The translations under genes and the position numbers were made by a program. A stretch of DNA of 64,000 nucleotides from Vicugna vicugna (lineage: Eukaryota), in contig MU058423.1 in the NCBI GenBank assembly GCA_013265495.1, forward strand, positions 9,099,627-9,163,626. The letters are read 5' to 3'. Of the stretch, positions 13,896 through 25,800 are shown one piece after another (positions within the stretch are counted from its first letter, which is position 1; each line of letters starts with the position of its first letter). The notes beneath the pieces are model-generated. The model had not been told where the DNA came from, ran no database searches, and saw only the letters and a program-made list of their open reading frames with translations.

Positions 13896-16800
13896 CGCGC
13901 GCGAAGTATTTAGGAGACCTCAAGAAAGGAGAATAGATTATGGCCTCAAATTTAGAATTGGGATGGAAGGAGCCTAAACAGAATTCCATTAGAAATAAAA
14001 GAGAAAGGCTTGTCAGCTCTAGATTCTGGAAGAACCTAGTTACACGATTTAAGCTTTCTGGCTCTGAGGACCTGAGGTCTGGTCTCAGCTAGGCCTACAT
14101 ATTGCTAGGAAGTGGCCTTGTACGTACAGCTGGGCTTTGGGTCTCCTGTTGATCATAAACAGTTTCACAGAATATCAGCCTTGGACGAGACCACTCTGTG
14201 ATTGTGATGGATCAAGGCAAAAACAAGACAACTTTATAATCATGTCTGAACACAGACAAAAATATGACATTGCCAAACCACACAAATGGGCAAGCATCCT
14301 CCTTTCCTGGCTGAAGTGTGACTGCTACTCATTACCAATTACAGTTTCAGCCTTAATACATTCCTCCTGTCTTATTAGATAAAATTTATTCAGGTACCCA
14401 GTCATACAATTATCCCCGTTTCTTAATAGCATTCAATCCACAGCAAAGCCTCATGTCCTTAAACTGTTCCTTAAATCACCTAACACATGCCCAAGTCCAG
14501 TAGGCAAGTCCCTTTAACACTGCCTTACTGAGCCTCCCCTCTTACTAGGATCCTCACAGCGTGTGGTCTTCTTTGTTGCAAGGAGCAGCAAACACAGCGT
14601 GTACACTATAGACATGTTTCTGGTAGTCTTTGGAAGGCATTGGCGGGGTATTTAAAATGCAAATCCGTGATCAGTTTGAATTATTAGCCTACCCTAGTAA
14701 ATGAAATAGTACTTGATGTTTAAAGAAGGGAGAATATTTCTGCTAAATTGGGAAAAGGTGCAGAATGAAATGCTTGGTACTGAATTACAAACTTGAAAAA
14801 GCTTGATAGGCTTAATCTTAACGACTGATGATAAATAGCTGTGTGAAAGGTGTATTTGTCATGCAGCCGCTGATGCACGTAAGTGCTTCTTAAGATCTGT
14901 GTTTTGTCCTCTTACAAAACTAAAGGTTTCATGACATTAATAGTGAGGTTACTATATTGAAAATCAGTGGCAGAGCAGACTTTTGTCTTAGTCTACTTAA
15001 GAGCACAAACATTATTTCTACTCAACCTGGTAGAAAATTATTTTTATTTTATCCCTGATTGGACTCTTGATCTATGACTCTAGCTCCTCACTCCCCTTTT
15101 CAGGAATGGGGAGGCTTAGAGGGAACCAAGGTGATTCAGAGGTCTTTGTTTTACTTCAGTTCAGAGGCAGGTTCCAGTGGTTTTGTTTTGTCTAAACTTG
15201 CACAGCCACCCTGAAGAGCTCTCTGGGCAAAGGTATCCAGCCTCATGCTGTATAATAAAGCAGAGTTTTGTAGTGTCATCGTAGACAAAATTGGCCTCCG
15301 AGATAGTGCTCTTAACTATCAGGTATTTAATAATAGATGATGGATCACCAAATACTACTCAGAACTCATTTCTCATTCTTAACCTTTTTTATGTTTTTAT
15401 TTTTAGGTTGATGGTAGACTGACTTACCCAACTTGTGGGATTGGTTATCCTGTCTCCTCTGCGTTTGCATTCCAGAACACCTTTCCCCATCCTCTATCTG
15501 CCAAAAATACTATCCATCCAGTTTCAGGACCAAAGGTAGCCAGATTATCTAATACGCTCTTTTTGGGGAAAAAATATAGCAGTTTATAAACATGCAAATG
15601 TTTTTTCATTTAAATTTTTTTTCTTTGATCAGTTGCTAAGTATTAGGTGATGTATAAGATGAGTTTATTTCTGAATAGTATATATGCTTACGGGAAATAT
15701 ATGCACTATATGATATTTTTTGGGTCAGTATAACTTATAAAAACCTGGATATCAGCATGCTTAAACTTGATTTATTCCTGTTCAACCTCTCCATTTTTAT
15801 TCATTCTTTTACTTACATCTCCTACAACGGTCAAACTTATCTAGAGTTACTGACTTCATATTACTGGTATATTATTAGTTGTGGTGACATTTTTGGATTC
15901 CATTGTCAGGATTTAAGGGTCTGATAGGTGGACTTATAAAAAATTGTAAAATACACTTCTGGCAACATTATCTCAAATAGCATATGCTTGGCAATCCCTC
16001 CAAACCCTGATTTATGTGCTAAGGCTTCTTTCCACCCACTTTTCATCATTATTGTTATTACTAATGTCTTAGATTTATACATTGTTTTCCTATGTATTAT
16101 AATTCTATTTTCACAGTAATTTAATCCACCCAGATGAGCCACTAATTCTGTTTTCTTTCCTAGCTTTAGGTCCAAATTGACTTTTTCCTAAATCATGGAG
16201 ATAAACGTTTTTGAAAAGAATGTTTTATAAAAGATAGAGTTGAGGACTTTGGAACTGCTGCTATAAACTGTTTGTCAAATTGGTTTTGAGCTGCCCTAAA
16301 AATAAGTTGGAGGTGTTGCCTAGGCATGTACTTCTTGTTAGTTTTAGCCTTATTAACTATCGTTCGGAGGTATTGAGAATTCTCAATGAAATGAGAAGTA
16401 AGCCTGAGTTTTTATGCTTAGAATATTACTATGTGAAGAGTATTTAGATGCATTTAATTGGCTTTTCTTACATTGCTTATTGAAAATTGGATATGTGTAT
16501 TCAAAGGAATACTATTTTTAAAACAAATATAGGTATATTCAAGTATGCTTTACATCTTGGTATCAAATTTTTTCTTCAGAATTATTGAATTCACAGTTGC
16601 TTTTTATTATAAACAGCTTTCCAGGAATTTATATAATGTTCAAAATGAGGACAAGACTTTCTGCAGATAATTGCTTAGTTGGTAGGATTAAATATGACTT
16701 ATGAAATAGTAATATTACCTTTGTTATAGCTCTTATGGAATCTGAGGAATTATTATGACAAGTATGTTCATAAACATGGAAGCTTTCAGTGATTTCCTGT

Positions 16801-19800
16801 TTTACTGATCTCCATATTTTTCTTTTCCATTATGGTTTATTAGAAGATGCGGAGTATAATTCCCTGTGCTATTCACTAGGACATTGTTGGATCTCCATAT
16901 TCTTTTTTTTTTAAATTGAAGTATAGTTGGCTTACAATGTTGTGTTAATTTCTGGTGTACAGCATTGTGATTTAATTATACATATATATACATATTCCTT
17001 TTTATATTCTTTTTCATTATAGGTTATTACAAGATATTGAATATAGTTCCCGTGTGCTATACAGTAGGAGCTTGTTGTTTATCTGTTTTATATATAGTAG
17101 CTAGTATCTGCAAATCCCAATTTATCCCTCTACCCTCCCCTTTCCCCCTGGTAACCGTAAGTGTTTTCTATGTCTGAGCCTCTTTCTGTTTTGTAAATAA
17201 GTTCATTTGTATAATTTTTTTAGATTTCACATATTAAGTGGTATCCTATGGTATTTTTCTTTCTCTTTCTGGCTTATTTCACTTAGTATGACAATCTCCA
17301 CTTTCATCCATGTTGCTGCAAATGATATTGTTATTTTTTATGGCTGTGTTGTATTCCATTGTATGTATTTACTACATCTTCTTTATCCATTCATTTGTTG
17401 ATGGACATGTGCTTGTGTTGCTTGTGTCTTGGCTATTGTATATAGTGCTGCTGTGAACATTGCATCTCCATATTCTTTTGATCATGCATACCTAACAGCA
17501 AGAGCAACAACAACAATGAAATCTTTAAGCTTGAATCTCCAGTATATGAATATTTAATTGTGAATTGAATCCATATACTACTCAATTATAGTGGTTTAAA
17601 AAGTGGAATCTAGCATTAGAGTTTAAATCCTGCCTCTATCAGTATGAAGTTGGGCAAGCTACCAACAAACAAAAAACAACATCCAACGGTTATATTTCAG
17701 TTTCTCCAGTTGAAAAATGGAGCAATAGTTTTATGTATCTTACTGGATTATTGTGAGAGTTAAGTGAACTAATGCGTTTGCTTAGAATAGTGCTTGATGT
17801 ATAAGTGCTTCATTAATATTAGCTATTATTAATAAACTAAAAATAGAAATTAAAGAATGAGATTAAAAATATGTATAGAAAGAAAAATACCATATATCAC
17901 TGATATATGGAATGTAAAAAAAAAGAGAACACTAATGAACTCATCTAAAAACAGAAACAGACTTGAAGACCATAAACAATCTTATGGTTACCAGGGGAAA
18001 GGGAGTGGGTAGAGTTAAAGTTAGGAATTTGAGATTTGCAAATGTTACCCATATATATAAAAATAGATTTTAAAAAATTTTCTTCTGTATACCACAGGGA
18101 ACTGTATTCAATATCTTATAATCTTTAATGACATAGAATATGAAAACGAATATATGTGTGTATATGCATGACTGAGACATTGTGCTGTACACCAGAAATT
18201 AACACATTGTAACTGACTGTACTTCAATTAAAAAAAATTTTACTAATCAGTGTCACAGGATTTTTTTTCTCATGCCTAGTGGGTGGTTGTAATCACTGCC
18301 TGCGTTGGAGACCACTGATCTAGGTAGTCTTGTGCTAGCAGCTATGGCGATTCAAACATGTTCTTTTAAATTCAGTTAAAAAAATGTTTAATACATTGAA
18401 TCTGTGATATATCTGATTTCTTAAAATCTTAATTTCAAGATTTAGTACATTCAAGTATGTTTAACTGTGAGGATGTAAAATAACATGAGTTAAATTAAAT
18501 AAGAAGCAACATCATGCCAAAGGAAGTACATAGGAATATTTTAAAAGATTGTGCCGTGCTGACCAATAGATCACTGGATAATTTTAAAACAAGACAGACA
18601 AAATAACTTGTTTCTTCTGCTTTATTTTTGAAGACAATAGTCTCCAAGGGTTCATTCATTCAGTAAATACTGAATGAATGTCTACTGTGGCCAGACATTG
18701 TTCTAGTTGTAAAAGATAGAGCAGTTTGTGGTGAAACACCACTGTGATAGTAAACCGTAATGTCTTTCAAAGTAAACTGTTATTAAAGAGGAGATGTTAT
18801 TTGATGTCAAAGAAAATGCTTGTGGTAAGATCTCTTAAACACTGTAATTTCTGATTCTTTTTGTGTGGCATAAATTCACAAAGTAAGACATGATCATATT
18901 TCATTGTGGAGATTATGAAGTAGATGAGGGATTTTCCACAATGAGAGAAGAGCTATCTAGGATCAGATGATTAATTTATTTTGATAGTGTTTTTAGCGCA
19001 AAGTGTGTATTTACAGACAGATTTTATCTAGAGATAGCATTTCTTAGTTTGATTAACTACCTCATTCACTGGATGGTTCTAAATTATTTCTATTTCTTTT
19101 GTATTAACTATTTTAAAAAATAGATAATATATGAGCATGGGAAGCTCCCAAACGTATAAGAGAATATACTATTTATATGTCCCTCCGGGGGTCCCTAGTC
19201 CACTCCTCAGGAAAAAAAAAAAAAATCACTGTTAAGAATTTCTTGTGGTATTTTCCAAAAATATTTAAAGGATATACAAGGATATCTGTAAATGTATGTG
19301 TGTTTGTATACGTGAGTGTCTGTATAGATAGGTATCAATAGTGCATGCCGGCTGATCTACACCTTGCTTTTTTCATAGAAATATAAAGTATCTGCTTTGG
19401 TGAAATAACTGAATCGTTTGCCCATTTTAAAATTTGATTGTTTCTCTTATTACTGAGTTATGAGTTCTTCATATATTCTCGATATAAATAGTTCATCAGG
19501 TATGTGATTTGCAAGTATTTCTCCCAATCTGTGGTTTCTTTTTCATTTTCTCTTTTGAAGCACAGAAAGTTTCTAATTTGATTAAGTCTAGTTTATCAGA
19601 TTTTTTTCTTTAGTGAATCATGCTTTTGGAATCATATCTAAGAACTTTGTCCAGCCACAGGTTGAAAATAAGATCTGTGTTCCACTCTGAGTTACTTTTT
19701 ATGTATGGTATGAGGTTTAAGGGTCTTGGTTCTTTTTTTATTTTGGAATGTGGATATCCAATTATCTCAGTAACACTTATTTAAAATACTTTTGTTGTTC

Positions 19801-22800
19801 AGTTGTCTAGACACTTTTGCTGGAACATTTGACCATAAATGTAAGGATTTCTGGGCTCTCAATTCTGCTTCATTGATTGTCCTTGTGCCAGTACCACACT
19901 GTCATGATTACTGTGACTTTATTAAGTTTTTTAATTGAGTAGTATAAATCTTCCAACTCTCCTCTTTTTCAAACTTGTTTCATTATTTTAGATACTTTAT
20001 ATTTCCACGTAAATGTTTGGATCATCTTGTCAGTTTCTACAAAATAGTCTGCTTGGATTTTGATAGAGTATATAGAATTTATAGGTCAATTTTGCAAGAA
20101 ATGTTATTTTGACAATATTTAGTTTTCTAATCCATGAATGTTAAATGTCTGTTTATTTAAATGTTATTTAATTTCTCTCAGATTTGGCAGTTTTCAGTGT
20201 CAAATATTACAATTCTTTTACTAAATTTATTTTTAAGTATATTATTATTTTGATGCTATTGTGAATATAATTGTTTTATTGATTACTCTCTCGGAGTGTT
20301 TATTAATGCTGTATAGGAATGTAATTGATTTTTATATATTGATCTTATTTCCTGAAACTTGCTAAAGTCATTATTAGTGGTTTTTTATACATTAATTGTT
20401 AATGATTGTGTGGTTTTTTTTCTTTCATCATTTAATAAGTATATTATGACTTTCAAATATTATATCAGCCTTACAGTCTTGGGATAAACTTCACCAATCT
20501 AAATGTTAGTCAGATCCAGTTGGTTAATTTTGTTCAGTTCTTCTATATCCTTGTTGTCTTTCTATTTGTTTTATCAGTTACTGAGAGAAGAGTTTTGATA
20601 TCTCCAGTTATTACTTTGGATGTTTCCATTTCTATCAGTTTAAAAACATTTGTTTTATTATTGAAAGATTCTTTAAATTCTATAGTGCTTTTACAGTTTT
20701 CAAAAGTTTCACACACATGATTTCATGTAATCTCATAATAACCCTTTTATCCCCCCTTCTCCTCTGTTGCCCCTCCCTCTTCTGTCTCCCCACTGGTAAC
20801 CACTAATTTATTCTCTATATCTGTGAGTCTGTTTCTTTTTTGTTTTATTCTCTGGTTAATATTTTTTAGATTCTACATATAAGTAACATCATACAATATT
20901 TGTCTTTCTCTGATTTATTTCACTTAGTGTAATGCCCTCCAAGTTCATCTTTGTTGTTGCAGATGGCAAATTTTCATTCTTTTTTTATGGCTGAGTAGTA
21001 GTGCATTGTGTGGGTGGGTGTGTGTACACCACATTTTCATCCATTTGTTTGTGATGGACATTTAGGTTGCTTTTGTATCTTGGTAGTTGTAAATAATGTT
21101 GCTATGAACATCAGGGTGCACATATCCTTTCAAATTAGTGTTTTTGTTTTTTTGGATATGTACACAAGAGTGGAATTGCTGGTCTATTTTTAGTTTTTTG
21201 AAAAACCTCCACACTGTTCCACAGTGGCTGCACCAATTTACGTTCCCACCAACAGTGTAGGAGGGTTACCTTTTCTCCACATCCTTGCCAACGTTTGTTA
21301 TTTGTATTCTTTTGATTTTAGCCATTCTGACAGATGTGAGGTAATAGCTCATTGTGGTTTTAATTTGGATTTCCCTGGTGATTAACGATGTTGAGCTTCT
21401 TTTCATATGCCTGTTGGCCATTTATATGTCTTTGAAAAAATATCTATTCAGATCTTTGGCCCATGTTTTAATCGAGTTGTTTGTTTTTTGATGTTGAGTT
21501 GTATGAGCTGTTTATATATGTTGGATATTAAACTCCTTGTCAGTCATACCATTTGCAAATATTTTCTTCCATTCAGTAGGTTGTCCTTTCACTTTGTTGA
21601 TGATTTCCTTTGTTGTGCAAAAGCTCTTAAGTTTAATTAAATCCCATTTGTTTATTTCTGCTTTTATTTCCTTTAGGAGACAGGTCCAAGAACATGTTAC
21701 TCTTATTTATGTCAGAATGTTCTGCCTATGTTTTCCTCTAGGAGTTTTATGGTATATGATCTTTAGGTCTTTAATCCATTTTGAGTTTTATTTTAATATA
21801 TGATGTTAAAGAATATTCTAATTTCATTCTTTTACATGTAGCTGTCCAGTTTTCCCAGCACCATTTACTGAAGAGAGTATCTTTTCTCCATTGTATAGTT
21901 TGCCTTTGTCATAGATGAATTGACTGCAAGTGTGTGAGTTTATTTTTGGGCTCTGTTCTGTTCCACTGATCTGTCTGTTTTTGTGCCACTTCCATGCTGT
22001 TTTGATTACTGTAACTTTGTAGCATAGTCTGAAATCAGGGAGCATGATTCCTCCAGCTCTGTTCTTTTTTCTCAAGATTGTTTTGGATATTTGGGATATA
22101 TTGTGTTTTCATACACATTTTAAAATTACTTCTTCTAGTTCTGTGAATGGTATTTTGATAGGGATTGCGTTGACTTTGTAGATTGCTTTGGGAAGTATGA
22201 TCATTTTAACAATATTAATTCTTCCAACTCATGAACACAGTGTGTCTTCCCATTTGTTTGTGTCAGCTTCAGCTTCTTTCATCGGTGTCTTATGGTTTGC
22301 CCAGTACAGGTCTTTTCCCTCTTTAGGTGGGTTTATTCCTAGGTGTTTTCTTCTTTTGGTAAACGGAATTGTTTCCTTCATTTCTCTTTCTGATTGTTCA
22401 TTGTTAGTGTTCAGAAATGCAAGATTTCTTATTAATTTTGTATCCTGCAACTTTACTGAATTCATTGACGAGTTTTAGTATTTTTTTGGTGGTGTCTTTC
22501 AGATTTTATATGTATAGTATCATGTCCTCTGCAAACAGTGACAATTTTACTTCTTCCTTTCTAGTTTGGATTCCTTTTATTTCTTTTTCTTCTCTGATTG
22601 CTGTGGCTAGGGCTTCCAAAACTATGTTAGATATAAGTGGCCAGAGTGGATATCCTTGACTTGTCCCTGATCTTAGAGGAAATACTTTCATCTTTTTAAC
22701 ATGGAGCATGATGTTAGCTGTGGATTTGTCATATGTGGCCTTTATTATGTTGAGGTATGTTCCCTCTGTGCCCACTTTCCAGAGAGTTTTTAATATCAAT

Positions 22801-25800
22801 GGATATTGAATTTTATCAAAATCTTTTTCTGCATCTATTGAGATAATCATATGGTTTTTATTCTTTAATTTGTTAATATGGTGGATCACACTGATTGATT
22901 TGCAGATATTGAGAGATCCTTGTATCCCTGGGTAAATGCTACTTATTCATGGTGTATGATCCTTATAATGTATTGTGGGATTTGGTTTGCTAATATTTTT
23001 TTGAGGATTTTTGTATCTATTTTCATCAATGGTATTGGCCTGTAGTTTTCTTTCTGTGTGTGTGATATCTTTGTCTGGTTTTAGTATCAGGGTGATGGTG
23101 GCCTCATAGAATGGTTCAGAAGTGTTCCTTCCTCTGTAATCTTTTGCAATAGTTTGAGGAGGATAGGTGTTAACTTCTTCTCTGGCTGTTTGGTAGAATA
23201 CACCTATGAAACCATCTGGTCCTGGACTTCTATTTCTGGGCATTTTTGTCTTGTGTATTTTGAAGCTCTTTTGTTAGGTTCATAAACCTTTGTAATTGTT
23301 ATCCTCTTGGTTGCTTGACTCTTTTATCAGTATGTAATTTCCTCCATTTTTGGTAATTTTTCTTGCTCTGAAGTCTCCTTTGTTTCATATGAATATAGCT
23401 ATTCAGATTTTCTTTTGAGTGATATTTCCATGGAATATCTTACTCCACCCTTTTTCTTTAAACCTGTCTATCCTACTTAAAATGTTTTTCATGTAAAGAG
23501 CTTATCTTGTTTGTTTCCACCATTTTTCATTCATTTTCCTTTTCCTGACTTCTTTGTGGGTTATTTGGACATTTTATAGTATTCCTTTTTAGTTTTTCTG
23601 GTTTGTTTTTGACTATGTCTCTTTGTATAATGTTTTTTTTTCAGTGGTCTCTCCAGGTATCGTAATAAACATATTTAGCTTTTCACAGTATCTATAGAAC
23701 TAATATTTTATCACGTCAAGTGGAATATAAATACCTTACTAGCTTATAGTCCCTTAAACCTTTGTCTCTTTATGTTTTGGTATTTCATATGTATTATGTC
23801 TATATACATTGGAAACTTCATCAGTGCTATAATTTTTGCTGTCAACTATTATACATGCCTTAAACACTCGAGTGGAGAATCATTGTTATACTTGTCCCTG
23901 TTTACCATTTCCATTGGTCTTCCTTTATTCCTGGTGTTTCATGTTTTTGTCTGATATAACTTCCCTGAATAATAGAACATTCTTTCATTTTAGGGGAGGT
24001 TGTCTGTCAAAGAAGTTTCTTTCTTTTTCTTTATTTGGGAACACCTTTCTTTCATCTTCATTCCTGATCAGTATTTTCTTTGAGAAACCTGAAGTAAATT
24101 CCATTATTGTTCAACTACGTATAATGTGTCCTTTTTCTCAGGCTGCTTTTAAGATTTAGTCTTTTAGTTTTCAGCAGTTTGATGATGTGTCTGGGCATGG
24201 ATTTATTTGACTGTATCTTTTTTAGGATGAGTTTTTTGGATCTCTAAGTTGATACGTTTTGCCAAATTTTTTAAGTGTTCAGCCATTATTTCTTAAGTAT
24301 GTTTTCTGTACCACACTCCTCTCTCCTTCTGGAATTCAGGCAACAAGAATGTTTGACCTTTGTCTGTTTTCCTATAGATCCATGAGACTCTCTTGTTTCT
24401 TTTTTCTTAGATATTTTTTTCTCTGTTCTTCAGATTTGATCATTTCTATTGATCAAGCTTCAAGTTTACTCTTTGCTCTGTACTCTCCATTCTGCTACAG
24501 AGTCTATCCAGGGAACTTTTAATTCTTAAAATTCTGTTTCTTTTTCACATCCTCTGTTTTTTGGTGAGACTTTTTCTTTACATTTATTTCCAGAGTGTTC
24601 ACTTTTACTTCCTAGAGCATGATTATAATAGAGATTTTTAACTGCCTTTCTGATAATTCCATTATCTTTGCCATCTTGGTGTTGACATCTGCTGGCTTAT
24701 CTTTTGCCTTGCGAATTTCTTAGGTTTTCCTGGTTCTTTGTTGAGTGATTTTGGATTGTGTCTGGATCTGATATTGAATAGTATATAAGTCTTTAGATCT
24801 TAAAATCCTAAGAAGAATGTGAATTTTTTAAATTATAAATTTTATTTTAGTTGTTTTAGCAAATAGTCTTGTTCTGCTCAAGTTGCTAGTTCTGCCTTAC
24901 CTTCTGTAGATGGCAGTTCCTGTGTCGGTTCAGTCCTTAAGGACTTTGCCATGTTATTTGGATCTGTCTGTGTTTGCATCATCATCTAGTGGCTGTTTTG
25001 TGACTGAGCAGTGGTTTATTCCATAGTTCAGTTCTCAAAGCCTTTGGTATGCTAATTAGGGTCAAATCTTGCATATCCAGCTTAGAAGTGAACCTAGCAG
25101 TTCATACACAACTTTATAGGAGCTCTTTCTTGAGTTCCTTTCTGTGATTTCCCACACATTTCTGAGTCCCCAGGGTCCTCCTTCCTGGATACTGGCTAGA
25201 AAGCATGGGCCTGAGTTCCCCTGGTCTGAGACACACTTCCTGCAATTGTGTCTGTATCTTAGGAGCACTGAGAAAGAAAAAAAAGTAATGAGAGTTTCAC
25301 CATGCTGGTGAGATCACAGCATCTGTGATCAGAGGATGTGATTCCCCTATTTCAGAGTTTTAGGGGCCTGCTTGGCCACTTTTGTTGTCACCATTACCCC
25401 TATGGCTTCTGTTTCTGTAGAATTGTCTCTGTTTCTGTAGAACTGTCCGGTGGTTGGGGCAGAAGAGAACTGTGGGGAAAAGGGGCTTTTCCTCACTCTT
25501 TGACACTTAGAAATTTCTCTTTTCATTTTCCTGAACAGAAAGAAGAATATACCTTGATATTGTACTCTGGCTTTCTTATTAGTATTTATATGATGCATCA
25601 TTTTCTATCCTTTTACTTTTATCAATCTATGTCTTTATAAAAAGTGGATTTTCTGTAGATATTCTGTACTTAACTCTTACATTTTTATCCATTCTGACAT
25701 TGTCTTTAACAATTTAAAGTTTAACGTATATGTTGATGTTTATCACCTTGATATTTGTTTTCTACATATCCCATCTGTTCTTTTTCCCTCTTTTCTACTT

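Noticed and set aside
18653..18680. 13-bp perfect palindrome cattcattcagta-aa-tactgaatgaatg
   Set aside because: It coincides with an L2 3' tail whose (CATT)n/(AATG)n repeats readily generate such palindromes.
21824..23243. Reverse-transcriptase-like ORFs as an active element or host gene
   Set aside because: Fragmented over several frames, 5'-truncated, and the catalytic FADD is changed to FAED: a dead L1.
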